Source of the DNA: Rhodonellum sp.
GTDB taxonomy: Bacteria > Bacteroidota > Bacteroidia > Cytophagales > Cyclobacteriaceae
DNA: 64,000 bases
NCBI GenBank assembly: GCA_041748555.1
Contig: JBGTDA010000021.1
Coordinates: 12,497-76,496 of the forward strand
Direction: 5' to 3'
Shown here: in pieces, positions 45,675 to 55,530 of the stretch
Position numbering within the stretch: position 1 is the stretch's first letter
Layout of the letters: every line of letters begins with the position of its first letter
Made by a program: the position numbers and the translations under genes
Notes under the pieces: generated by a model
Seen by the model: only the letters and a program-made list of their open reading frames with translations
What the model was told of the DNA's origin: nothing
The model's database searches: none

Positions 45675-46691
45675 TTATTGATGATTTTGAGAATATATAA
45701 ACCTTAAAATACTGTCCCCAACTATTGGTCGGTAATGGCTGGATTCGTAGTAATTGGTTTTTTCGTCGGTAATGTTATTTTTTCCGGAAAAATCATAAAG
45801 ATTTTCTCCGAAGAAATTCTCTAAGATTTTTAGGTCTACAGGATTAAATTTGATTTGGTCAAATAAAGGGCTTATGATTACTTTATATTGAGCCTGATGT
45901 GCGTCGAGGATATTTCTTATTTCAGTAAGCAGTTTTTCATGGGTGGCATTGATTTGCCTAACCGTGTCAATAAATTGTGTTTCGTTCCTCTGATAAAAAA
46001 CAGCATCTCTATTTTTATAATAAGCTTCCTCGTTTAGGGCTAATTCCTGATTTTGATCTTCAATTATCATTTTATTGCTGATCCGATCATAGGAAATGTT
46101 TCGGTTTTCTAAATATTCCAGCATATAGGGTTTGAATTCCTTTGTGATCTGATAATCATAATAACTCATAAGAAAGCTCGGATTAGAATAAGCTTTAAGA
46201 AAAGTTTGATGGAAGATCAATGGATTTTCCTTGGAAACTTCAGGATGTTTTATATATAGATGACCTTCATGATTTGCAGATCGTTGGAAAGACACATCCA
46301 AGCATAGGATAATCAATGCATTTTCAATTTTGACTCCCAATTGATCAATTAGTTTTATTTTTTTATTTATTCCATATATAGATTCTCCTGAGGCATCAAA
46401 GACATAAGGCGAACTTCCTTCCGGTAAATGTCGGGCCCAGGATTCAGGACTGAATGCCAATGTTCTCGAACTTCCAAAGATGAAAGAATTGTAACTGTAT
46501 TTTTGATAATTTTGGAGGAACATTTCAGTGGATATATAGTCTCTGTTGGGTAAAACCTTCGGATATGAAAAATCCTCATAATCCCTCAACACTTTAAAGG
46601 GATCAAAAACAATATAACCAGCCAATAGTAACCAAATCGGAAGACTTCCAATCAATAAAAATTTAAATACATTTTTTAGGAACGGGTACAT
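45675..46691 (-). CDS. Membrane-anchored DltD/AlgJ-like O-acyltransferase partner protein
   Basis: 338 aa. It has an N-terminal TM anchor (FKFLLIGSLPIWLLLAGYIVF) and a FIFGSSRT motif resembling the DltD/SGNH block-I serine. It lies 2 nt downstream of the MBOAT gene on the same strand. Confidence 0.5.
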   Translation of the reverse strand: MYPFLKNVFKFLLIGSLPIWLLLAGYIVFDPFKVLRDYEDFSYPKVLPNRDYISTEMFLQNYQKYSYNSFIFGSSRTLAFSPESWARHLPEGSSPYVFDASGESIYGINKKIKLIDQLGVKIENALIILCLDVSFQRSANHEGHLYIKHPEVSKENPLIFHQTFLKAYSNPSFLMSYYDYQITKEFKPYMLEYLENRNISYDRISNKMIIEDQNQELALNEEAYYKNRDAVFYQRNETQFIDTVRQINATHEKLLTEIRNILDAHQAQYKVIISPLFDQIKFNPVDLKILENFFGENLYDFSGKNNITDEKTNYYESSHYRPIVGDSILRFIYSQNHQ

Positions 46692-46693
46692 GA

Positions 46694-48130
46694 TTAAAAC
46701 TGGAAATATATAAACTCCTGCTCTTTACCTGAAAAGAGAAAGAGCCCTATTATAAGTGAATAATAAAAGGTTAATCGGACTGTTTTAGGCCATCTAAAAC
46801 CCAATGTAGCAATTGCATATTCCTGCTCTCTTCCCAGCCATTCCACAAGAGTGAAAATCAGAATCAGTATAAATGTTGTTTTGGGTAAATGCTCGGGCAT
46901 ATAAAACAGCGATCTTGAAAATATTGTCCCCAAGTAATTTGCTGCATGGGTTATATTATCTGCCCTGAAGATTATCCAAGCCACCACCGTTAATCCAAAG
47001 GTGTATGTCATATTAATGACTTCACGCAAGTTGGGGATATTTCTTCCTTTTGCTACAATATCCAGGTTTATCCTGTTTTTATTGAATAGTAACAAAGGGA
47101 GAAAATAAAGTGCATTCAAGGCTCCCCAGACCATAAAGGTCCAATTGGCACCATGCCAAAAACCACTCACAATAAATATGATGAAAGTGTTTCTAACTTT
47201 CATGAGAGTTCCACCATTACTTCCACCCAATGGAATGTAAAGATAATCTCTGAACCAAGTCGAAAGTGAGATGTGCCATCTTCTCCAAAATTCAGCTATA
47301 TCTCTGGAGAAATAGGGAAATGCAAAATTTCTCATCAAATCAAATCCAAACAACCGGGATGTCCCGATGGCAATATCGGAGTAACCTGAAAAATCTCCGT
47401 AAATCTGGAAAGCAAACAATATTCCTCCAATGACCAACGTGCTACCGGAGAAACTTTCAGAATTATTGAAAATAATATTTACCGACTCAGCACAGTTATC
47501 GGCAATCACGATTTTTTTAAACAAACCCCACAAAATCTGTCTTAATCCATCTACAGCCTTTTGGTAATCAAAAGTTCTTTTGATGAAAAACTGGGGAAGT
47601 AAATTCGAAGCCCTTTCTATAGGTCCGGCTACGAGTTGTGGAAAGAAGCTAACAAAAGCAGTAAATGCAATTAAATCCTTGGTAGGTTCAAGCTTCCTCT
47701 TATAAACATCAATCGTGTAACTGAGTGTCTGGAAAGTATAAAAACTTATTCCGACAGGTAAGATGATATTTAATGAAGACCCTGAAATTTCACCTCCGAA
47801 AAAGGTAAATGCTGTTGTGAAATTTTCTATGAAAAAATTAAAATACTTAAAGAATCCTAAAAAGCCAAGATTGATCAAAATGCTTACCCAAAGCAGACCT
47901 TTTCGTTTTGATTGATTGGATTCTTTAGAAAGCGCAATTCCAATGATATAATCAACTATGGTTGAAAATATTATTAAAAATAAAAATCTCCAATCCCACC
48001 AACCGTAAAACATGTAGCTCGCCGCTACGACCAACAAATTTTGCTGCTTTAAATTATTGTTTGTGACAAACCAATATAGAAAGAAGACCAATGGTAAAAA
48101 TATCGCAAAATCTATGGAATTGAAGAGCAT
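46694..48130 (-). CDS. MBOAT-family membrane O-acyltransferase (AlgI/DltB/PatA-like)
   Basis: 478 aa and polytopic. It carries the signature block FWRRWHISLSTWFRDYLYIPLGG with the catalytic His, and a second conserved His region (SGFWHGANW). Confidence 0.9.
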   Translation of the reverse strand: MLFNSIDFAIFLPLVFFLYWFVTNNNLKQQNLLVVAASYMFYGWWDWRFLFLIIFSTIVDYIIGIALSKESNQSKRKGLLWVSILINLGFLGFFKYFNFFIENFTTAFTFFGGEISGSSLNIILPVGISFYTFQTLSYTIDVYKRKLEPTKDLIAFTAFVSFFPQLVAGPIERASNLLPQFFIKRTFDYQKAVDGLRQILWGLFKKIVIADNCAESVNIIFNNSESFSGSTLVIGGILFAFQIYGDFSGYSDIAIGTSRLFGFDLMRNFAFPYFSRDIAEFWRRWHISLSTWFRDYLYIPLGGSNGGTLMKVRNTFIIFIVSGFWHGANWTFMVWGALNALYFLPLLLFNKNRINLDIVAKGRNIPNLREVINMTYTFGLTVVAWIIFRADNITHAANYLGTIFSRSLFYMPEHLPKTTFILILIFTLVEWLGREQEYAIATLGFRWPKTVRLTFYYSLIIGLFLFSGKEQEFIYFQF

Positions 48131-48458
48131 TTACTGGAATATTTTTATGGGTGATTTTCCTCAACCGGAAAGCTGACAAAAATTTTGGTCAAAAGTACAA
48201 AATATTTATAATTATTGATTTTTTGATGGGGTAATTTTTCCGATATTAAAGAGAAGAAAATCCTTAAGATGGGCTCCAATCAGTCAATACTCTTATTTTG
48301 GAGAATATATGAAATAAAAAGCAAAGAAAATTTTTAGAAAGCGGAATTAAACTTTTTCAAGAGTATAATTATAAAAATCTGAGAAAATCAACATATCTTA
48401 AAACAATTCATTTCCTGTTTTCAGAACATTTCGCTTCAGGTTCAGCTATTAAAAATAG

Positions 48459-48495
48459 TTCAAAGTTTAATTTTTCTTAGATATTAAACTTTGAA
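48459..48495. repeat. 13-bp perfect inverted repeat with 11-nt spacer in the divergent intergenic region
   Basis: TTCAAAGTTTAAT (48459-48471) pairs with ATTAAACTTTGAA (48483-48495). It lies ~165 bp upstream of the 48659 start and ~330 bp upstream of the MBOAT start. It could be an operator or an RNA hairpin. Confidence 0.3.
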
Positions 48496-48658
48496 ATTTC
48501 CAAATCAGTAAATAAATTACAAATTGTGTTTACCTTTGGCTACTAAAGATTCCGATTTCGACAAGCTGCCTGAGCTTTATTGAATCTGTCAATTGAAATC
48601 CCCCAATTGATAAAATAATCAGATTAAAGATATACCCGCTTTAAGTAAATATTTAAAA

Positions 48659-50026
48659 ATGATTCATCACCTGATATGGTTAATACTTCATGTTGGATTT
48701 TATTATCTGATACCGGATTATGGTGCATCAATAAGCCTCTTGTTATATTTGATTTACGAATTAGTAAAAAACTACACAGCCAAAAGGAAGTTTCAGTATA
48801 TACACTTATATTTTTTGGGATTGGTCATTACGGTGATCGCCAACATTACTATAATCACGGGTTTTAAATCTGCCCAAGGCTATGAAAGTTATATCTATGC
48901 CATTCCTGACTTGTTTCCGTTGTCGGCACTCATTTTTGCGATCGGGAATCAATTTTTAGCCATCGGATATTATTGGAAAACAAATTTCCGATTGCCTAAT
49001 ATCTTCTTGAAAACCTTATTGAGCGTAGGCGTTTTGAACACCATATTTTGGATAGGGCTATTCTTTAGTTTCAATAAATTCTGGCTGTTTTTTAGCCTAC
49101 CCGGCTCCTTCCAGACGATTATAGAATTGTTCCCGATTGTGGGCATCTTTGTTCTGGGTAGATATGCAGGTAAATTTCAAAAGAAATCCCTATATACTAA
49201 ATCATTGGTATTAACCATTGCGACTGCATTTAACGCATTGCTTTTTTCTTATTTACGACTTGAAATTTTGTTACCCATATTGGTCTTTATCCTCAGTTAT
49301 TTTCTGGGTGCTGGAAGTTTAAAATCATTGTTCACAGTGAAGTTTATTCCTGTTATTTTATTGATCCTGATCTTTTATAGTTTTTTTGGAATGTTTGGAG
49401 CCAAAAGATCAAATATTTCCACTGGACTGGATCGATTGGCCCAACTGGATTTCACAGTAATTGAGGATCAAAATTACAGTTTTAAAGAAGAAGAAACTTT
49501 ATCAGCATTTGAAAGAAGTTCAAACATTGCCCAAATTTCAGCGGTATGCGGTTTGGTTGAAAAAAACGGACATTATAATGGATTGGCTTCCTCACCTTTG
49601 GTGTTAGCCTTGGTTCCGAGGGTTTTTTGGCCCGAAAAACCGGTAATAGCTTTGGGAGTTTGGTATGCAGTGGAAATCGGAGCTGCGGTTGAAGTAGATG
49701 GGTGGTATAATAATTCCATCAATATGACCATCCCCGGACAGCTTTTTCTTGATTTCGGATGGATTGGTTTGATAATCGGATCTTTCCTTGTCGGAATGTT
49801 TCTGAAATTACTTTGGGATTCGGTTAATTTCTATAAAAGCCAATTCAATCTCTTGGGAACCTTCTTTGCCGTTTATTTACTGTATACTGCTTTTTTGGGA
49901 ATCGGCGCGGATTTACAGATACTCATTACCTATTTGGCTATATATCTTACAATGCTCATTTTGAGTAAAATCTTCAAGACGAAACATGAAAATTCTGTGC
50001 GTAGGCCCTCTTTGGCGAGGAAGTAA
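48659..50026 (+). CDS. Second Wzy/WaaL-like polytopic membrane protein (polymerase or ligase)
   Basis: 455 aa with about 10 or more hydrophobic segments and a ~90 aa hydrophilic loop (residues ~255-345) before the last TM cluster. This is the layout shared by O-antigen polymerases and ligases. No diagnostic motif was recognised. Confidence 0.55.
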   Translation: MIHHLIWLILHVGFYYLIPDYGASISLLLYLIYELVKNYTAKRKFQYIHLYFLGLVITVIANITIITGFKSAQGYESYIYAIPDLFPLSALIFAIGNQFLAIGYYWKTNFRLPNIFLKTLLSVGVLNTIFWIGLFFSFNKFWLFFSLPGSFQTIIELFPIVGIFVLGRYAGKFQKKSLYTKSLVLTIATAFNALLFSYLRLEILLPILVFILSYFLGAGSLKSLFTVKFIPVILLILIFYSFFGMFGAKRSNISTGLDRLAQLDFTVIEDQNYSFKEEETLSAFERSSNIAQISAVCGLVEKNGHYNGLASSPLVLALVPRVFWPEKPVIALGVWYAVEIGAAVEVDGWYNNSINMTIPGQLFLDFGWIGLIIGSFLVGMFLKLLWDSVNFYKSQFNLLGTFFAVYLLYTAFLGIGADLQILITYLAIYLTMLILSKIFKTKHENSVRRPSLARK

Positions 50027-51026
50027 TGCCGGTGGCCTTTTTAAAGCTTTGGGGAGACAAGGAGCTTTAATTGAAGTGGTGGATGAATTTTACCATATTC
50101 CTTTGAGCAGTAAAATATTAAAAGCCAAAATCCTGTCAAAAGCACTGAGGGGAGTTTTCATTGATGATTTCAATTTTGAAATTTTGAATATGACCCGTAA
50201 ATTCAATCCTGATGCTGTATTGGTATATAAAGGTGCTTTTGTGACACCCAAAACTCTACTTGCTCTCAAAAAAATGAAGATAAGGCTTTACAATTTCTAT
50301 CCTGATGTAAGTTTCCATACCCATGGGAGTTTATTAAAAGATACCCTGGCTTTATATGATAAGATTTTTACCACAAAGACATTTGGCATAAAGGATTACG
50401 GGGATCAGCTTGGGATCAAAGATGCTGTTTTCATACCCCATGGATATGATCCTGATATACACAAACCTATCAGCAGGGAAACAATCCCGGCCGGATTCTT
50501 CTGCGATGTGAGTTTTATCGGCACCTATTCTCCCAAAAAAGAAAAACTTTTAGCAGCCATCATAGACAGGTTCCCCGTCATAGATTTGAAAATATGGGGA
50601 ACCCAATGGGAAAAATCTACCATGCCGCAATTAAAAACATACCTGCAACAGGAGGGAATATTTGGAGACCTTTATGCCGCGGGAATCTGTGCTTCTAAAA
50701 TCAACCTGGGGATTCTTTCTGAAAAAGTCAAAGGTGCCTCTTCAGGAGATCTGATAACTTCCCGTACGTTCCATATTCCTGCTGCCGGAGGTTTTCTGCT
50801 TCATGAAAAAAATGCTGAATCCATTCTTTATTTTGAAGAATCCAGTGAAGCTGCATTTTTTGAAAATACAGAAGACCTTTTGAACAAGATTGATTATTAC
50901 TTAAAAGAAGATCAGCTCCGAATAGAAATTTCCCAAGCCGGAATGAGACGAGCAAATAAAGATCACAGCCTGGATCAAAGAGCAAAAAAGGTTCTAGAAC
51001 AAATGCAGTTTACACCTTTAAACTGA
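49986..51026 (+). CDS. Glycosyltransferase, CgeB/DUF3880-like
   Basis: 346 aa. Motifs: MKILCVGPLWRGSNAGG, DVSFIGTYSPKKEKLL, and a C-terminal GGFLLHEKN...FFENTEDLLNKIDYYLKEDQLR, typical of CgeB-type Glyco_trans_1_2 proteins. It overlaps the previous gene by 41 nt. Confidence 0.55.
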   Translation: MKILCVGPLWRGSNAGGLFKALGRQGALIEVVDEFYHIPLSSKILKAKILSKALRGVFIDDFNFEILNMTRKFNPDAVLVYKGAFVTPKTLLALKKMKIRLYNFYPDVSFHTHGSLLKDTLALYDKIFTTKTFGIKDYGDQLGIKDAVFIPHGYDPDIHKPISRETIPAGFFCDVSFIGTYSPKKEKLLAAIIDRFPVIDLKIWGTQWEKSTMPQLKTYLQQEGIFGDLYAAGICASKINLGILSEKVKGASSGDLITSRTFHIPAAGGFLLHEKNAESILYFEESSEAAFFENTEDLLNKIDYYLKEDQLRIEISQAGMRRANKDHSLDQRAKKVLEQMQFTPLN

Positions 51027-51072
51027 GGTTTTCCCATCCAAAAACCTTTAATTATTAAATATAAAAAATTAA

Positions 51073-52056
51073 ATGATTACAGTTTCCCATTTCAATAGGG
51101 ACCCCAGACCTTCCAACTATACCTTTGAACAACTGTTCGGGGCAATAAGGCTGGAGCTGAATAAAAACCTGAATGTGATCAATCATGATATTCCGGCTGG
51201 GATGGGAAGAATTGCATCCATTCGTTGGGCAAAAAAGAATGCAGGGAAAATAAACCACATAACAGGAGACGTACATTTTCTATCCTATGGATTGCCTGCA
51301 AAAAACACGATACTCACTGTCCATGATTTGGGGTATTATACTACCACCTTGAAAGGGATAAAAAAGATGATCTATCGGAAATTTTGGTTGCAGGATCCGT
51401 TTAAAAAAGTTGATACCATCACTGCCATTTCCCGGGCGACCAAGAATGACATCATGAAACACTTCAATGTTCCTGAGGAAAAGATCATTATAATACCGGA
51501 TCCTCTCTTGCCAGGTTTTAAAAAAGAAAATCCCAATGTTAATTCCAAGCCGGTCATTATGCAGATCGGTAGTGGTGCCAATAAAAATCTGGAAAGGTTG
51601 ATTGATGCTGTTTCCGGTATGGATGTAAAATTGCTACTAGTCAATAAATTATTTGACCCGAGGATTAAAGATAAATTATTGGAATCCCGCATTGAATTTG
51701 AACAAAGAACTGATCTGACCTTTGAAGAACTGAAAAAGGCCTATAAGGATGCGGACATTCTTTTTTTCGCATCCGAATATGAGGGTTTTGGAATGCCAAT
51801 CATCGAGGCTCAAGCCACCGGCCGACCTGTAATCACTTCCAATATTAGCTGTATGCCGGACGTTGCAGGTAATGATTCCGCAATTCTAGTCGACCCATTC
51901 TCTGTTTCCGAAATAAAATCCGCATTGAACAACTTGATTGAAAATGAATCATTCCGAAGTAGCATCGTACAAAATGGATTTCAAAACATCCGGAAATATT
52001 CCCTCGAGAATATTGCGGGGATGTACGAAAAAGTGTATCTGAAATATGCTGATTAA
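51073..52056 (+). CDS. Glycosyltransferase family 4 (mannosyltransferase-like)
   Basis: 327 aa with an E-x7-E region: ASEYEGFGMPIIEAQATGRPVITSNISCMPDVAG. Confidence 0.8.
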   Translation: MITVSHFNRDPRPSNYTFEQLFGAIRLELNKNLNVINHDIPAGMGRIASIRWAKKNAGKINHITGDVHFLSYGLPAKNTILTVHDLGYYTTTLKGIKKMIYRKFWLQDPFKKVDTITAISRATKNDIMKHFNVPEEKIIIIPDPLLPGFKKENPNVNSKPVIMQIGSGANKNLERLIDAVSGMDVKLLLVNKLFDPRIKDKLLESRIEFEQRTDLTFEELKKAYKDADILFFASEYEGFGMPIIEAQATGRPVITSNISCMPDVAGNDSAILVDPFSVSEIKSALNNLIENESFRSSIVQNGFQNIRKYSLENIAGMYEKVYLKYAD

Positions 52057-52082
52057 TTACCCTCAAATTTTAAGCAAATAAT

Positions 52083-53093
52083 ATGGTACTTCTTGATGCT
52101 TTGTATATCAACAACAGTGGAGGCAGAATCCTGTTGAATGAAATGATCAGGCAATTGCACCATTCAGGTAAACAGGTTTTCTACCTTCTGGATACCAGAG
52201 TTAAGGGAAGTTATGGATTTTTACCTCCGGAAAATGTAAAATATATGGATAACTCCCTGATCAAAAGGCACCTGTTCTATTTGAAACGAGGGGATTATTT
52301 CAGTACGGTCCTTTGTTTTGGAAATATTCCTCCCAGCATCCGCCTGAAAGGCAAGGTGTACACGTATTTCCACAATACAATTTACTTCTACACCTCGGAC
52401 GCATTTTCCCCGCGCGTGAAGTGGATGTCTCGAATAAAGGCTTTGGTCATCAGGACATTTAAAAACAATACGGACAAATGGTGGGTGCAAACGGAAGAGG
52501 TGACAAAGCTATTCGGGAAATTTTGGGGCATTCCATCCAATAAAATTGAAGTGCTTCCCTTTTTCCTATCAAAATCAATTACAGATATTGAAGAATCTGA
52601 AAGAGAAAAAAACTCCTTTCTGTTTATCAGTGACGGACATCCCAATAAAATGCACCTGCAGCTATTGGATGCCTTGCAGGAAGTTTACTTAACCTATCCG
52701 GACATCAAACTTTACCTTACCATCAGCGCCCAATATCCGCTGCTTTTGGCGAAAATAGAAGAATTGAAAAACACAGGACTGGGTGTCGAGAATTTGGGAT
52801 GGTGTGATGATGAGGAATTGGATAAATTATACAGGAAATCCGGGTTTTTCATCTTCCCTTCCAATCAGGAAAGCTTTGGTTTGGGCTTAATCGAGGCCTC
52901 GCAATATGAAATGAAAATCCTTGCCTCGGATCTCCCTTTTACGCATGCTGTGATTTCCCCTTCATTGGTTTTTCGGCCTGAAGACAAAACGGAAATTGCA
53001 AAAGCCATAATCCATGCGCTGGAAACGGAACTATCCAAGGCAACGGTATTGATCAGTAGTCAAATCAATCAAATACTTGAAAAACTAAATTGA
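52083..53093 (+). CDS. Glycosyltransferase family 1
   Basis: 336 aa with an E-x7-E region: PSNQESFGLGLIEASQYEMKILASDLPFTHAVI. Confidence 0.7.
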   Translation: MVLLDALYINNSGGRILLNEMIRQLHHSGKQVFYLLDTRVKGSYGFLPPENVKYMDNSLIKRHLFYLKRGDYFSTVLCFGNIPPSIRLKGKVYTYFHNTIYFYTSDAFSPRVKWMSRIKALVIRTFKNNTDKWWVQTEEVTKLFGKFWGIPSNKIEVLPFFLSKSITDIEESEREKNSFLFISDGHPNKMHLQLLDALQEVYLTYPDIKLYLTISAQYPLLLAKIEELKNTGLGVENLGWCDDEELDKLYRKSGFFIFPSNQESFGLGLIEASQYEMKILASDLPFTHAVISPSLVFRPEDKTEIAKAIIHALETELSKATVLISSQINQILEKLN

Positions 53094-53163
53094 TTTTTCT
53101 GTAAGAAAACTTGGAATGTAAATAAATTCTTCCTATTGATTTTAAATTTATAAACATATTCAC

Positions 53164-53919
53164 ATGAAAATTTTGACAACTGTCTTTTTAAGAAAAATGA
53201 TTATGGATTTTTCCGGGTATTATATCTATAAGATTAAAGATTTACCCATTGGAACTGATATATGGATTGACTTAAAAAATAAAATTAAAATTCCATTTGA
53301 AACGGTTTTTGATATCGGTGCGAATGTAGGGTCCTTCTCGGACGAAATATTAAAAAATTTTCCGGATTCTAATATTTTTGCGTTTGAGCCTGTAAAATCC
53401 ACTTATGATAAATTAGTTAAAAATAAAGGGTCTTACAGTAATATGTCTTTCCATAAGCTTGCGCTGGGAAATACTGAAGAAAAAATGTTTATTAATATTT
53501 ATGACGAAAAGGATTCGGTCTTGAATTCCCTAAATCCTCTGGCCATGAGCAAGGAGAGCGAGAAAAGAGAGGAGATAGAGGTTCAGCGTGGAGATGATTT
53601 TTGTAGCCGAAATAATATTAGTCATATAAATCTCCTGAAAATTGACACTGAAGGCTTTGAACTCAATGTATTGTCGGGTTTTACAAACATGCTGAATTCA
53701 AAAAGTATTGATTTAATCTATCTGGAAACTGGATTTGATATAAAAAATACGAGGAACACCTATTTTTCAAATATCCTTGATGTTTTAAATAATAAAGGAT
53801 ATCAGTTATTTGGACTGTATGAAGTTAGTAATTGGTCAATTTCCATAGGAGAAAATTATGGAAACGCTCTTTTCATTCATGCTGATATCACAAAAAACTG
53901 GGGATTTGTCAAACGATAA
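53164..53919 (+). CDS. FkbM-family SAM-dependent methyltransferase
   Basis: 251 aa with the FkbM signatures VFDIGANVGSFS and INLLKIDTEGFELNVLSG. Confidence 0.8.
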   Translation: MKILTTVFLRKMIMDFSGYYIYKIKDLPIGTDIWIDLKNKIKIPFETVFDIGANVGSFSDEILKNFPDSNIFAFEPVKSTYDKLVKNKGSYSNMSFHKLALGNTEEKMFINIYDEKDSVLNSLNPLAMSKESEKREEIEVQRGDDFCSRNNISHINLLKIDTEGFELNVLSGFTNMLNSKSIDLIYLETGFDIKNTRNTYFSNILDVLNNKGYQLFGLYEVSNWSISIGENYGNALFIHADITKNWGFVKR

Positions 53920-53976
53920 AGCTTGCTCGATTAGGTGGAAAAAGCGATCATTCATAAAACTCAGATAAAATAAATA

Positions 53977-55530
53977 ATGGAAATTGGTTACGCATCGAAA
54001 TTATACGTAGGGATTCCCGGACCAACACCCATCATGGATGAAGTATTGCTCGAGTCGGTCCTTTATCTGGTAGTTAGGCCAAATGGAAATAATGGGCTGG
54101 TCTATGAACAAGGGAAAAGCGGGGCGCAAAAAATCCTGAATTATGCGAAGGTTTATCGTCCGGTGGATTTGGTAAGAAAGGTTTTTTCCAGACAGAAAAT
54201 AGAGAGAATCAGAAACGATAAATGGCTTGTCTGTGGAATTGGAAAGGATGCTAACCATAATTTTTATTGTTTTGTGCATCCTTCTGCCCAGCATTTTCAA
54301 AGTCATTTGGCTGTCCCTGCGTGCTGGACGAAGGAGATAAGCCAAATAGAAGATGAAAAGCTTTGGGGTCAACTACCTCTTGAACACAAAAGCATTCCCT
54401 TACTTGAGGAAATCGCCGAGTCAATGCCACCGATTTCGGGCACCTCTCAATTTGATGAAAATTGCGATTTGCAACCCGTTTTAAATTTTTTGGAGGAAAA
54501 CCGATCGGTCATGAAACCGCTTTCCGAAATATTTCGGAATAATGAAGAAATCAATTCCACTGTAAATCAGCCTATCAAAGGCCAGATTGGGGCGGTTTTA
54601 TTCGGATATGGCAACTATGCCAGGACCATCACTTTACCGTATTTAAAACCCTATGTTCATCTGCATAAGATTCATGAGATTGATAGTTCATTGCTCATTG
54701 AGGCGGGAGGATTGCCCAAATCCACCAACCCGAAAGCAGATAAGGAAGACGGGAAATTCCCGGTGTGGCTGATAGCAGGTTTCCACCATACCCATGCCGA
54801 CCTGGCCATCGAAGCATTAAAAAGCGGATCAGTTCCTGTTATCGAAAAACCCATTGCGACTACCATAGAAGAATTTGAAACATTCAAAAAAACAGCAATA
54901 GAGACAGGCTTACCCTTTTTTCAATGCTTTCAAAAGCGCTATCAGGTTTTTAATTCCTTAACTTTTGAAGATCTGAAGGTAAAAAAAGGGGATCCGATTC
55001 ATTATAAAGCAACAGTTTTTGAAATACCCCTACATAAACAGCATTGGTACAATTGGCCGGTGTCGGGTAGCAGAATCCTTTCTAACGGATGTCATTGGAT
55101 TGATCAATTTCTGTTTTTAAATAATTACGTGCCGTTTACAGGTTTTGAGACCAAAAGACTCAATGATCAGGAAATTTTGCTCTTGATTGAATTGGTCAAT
55201 GGGGCAAACGCTGTAATTACACTTTCGGATATCGGGCCCAATCGGATTGGGATGAGAGAATATGTGGAATTGTCGGTGCCCGGCAGAAGAGTTACAATCA
55301 CCGATTCGATGAAATATGTCAGCGAGTCCGGGGACAAAGTAATCAGGACAAAACACACCGATAAATTACATTATCTCAGGCTGATGTATCAGGAAATAGG
55401 TAAAAAAATAAAAATGGGCGAAAAGGGTGATTCCATAGAAAGCCTGCTTTCTACAGAACTGGCCATTAAAATGGAGCAACAGTTCCAATCAAAGATGATA
55501 AAAGCCATTGCTTATCAAAGTAAATTATGA
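53977..55530 (+). CDS. Gfo/Idh/MocA-type oxidoreductase with an unassigned ~200-aa N-terminal extension
   Basis: 517 aa. From about residue 205 it has a Rossmann start (IGAVLFGYGNYART), the family EKP motif (VPVIEKPIATTIEEFE), and a C-terminal alpha/beta domain. I cannot assign residues 1-200 to any family. Confidence 0.65.
   Translation: MEIGYASKLYVGIPGPTPIMDEVLLESVLYLVVRPNGNNGLVYEQGKSGAQKILNYAKVYRPVDLVRKVFSRQKIERIRNDKWLVCGIGKDANHNFYCFVHPSAQHFQSHLAVPACWTKEISQIEDEKLWGQLPLEHKSIPLLEEIAESMPPISGTSQFDENCDLQPVLNFLEENRSVMKPLSEIFRNNEEINSTVNQPIKGQIGAVLFGYGNYARTITLPYLKPYVHLHKIHEIDSSLLIEAGGLPKSTNPKADKEDGKFPVWLIAGFHHTHADLAIEALKSGSVPVIEKPIATTIEEFETFKKTAIETGLPFFQCFQKRYQVFNSLTFEDLKVKKGDPIHYKATVFEIPLHKQHWYNWPVSGSRILSNGCHWIDQFLFLNNYVPFTGFETKRLNDQEILLLIELVNGANAVITLSDIGPNRIGMREYVELSVPGRRVTITDSMKYVSESGDKVIRTKHTDKLHYLRLMYQEIGKKIKMGEKGDSIESLLSTELAIKMEQQFQSKMIKAIAYQSKL

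Noticed and set aside
48459-48495. The 13-bp inverted repeat, considered as the terminal repeats of a mobile element/MITE or the borders of an invertible promoter.
   Set aside because: The arms are only 11 nt apart, so nothing could invert or be carried between them. There is no recombinase or transposase gene and no second copy of the repeat in the window.
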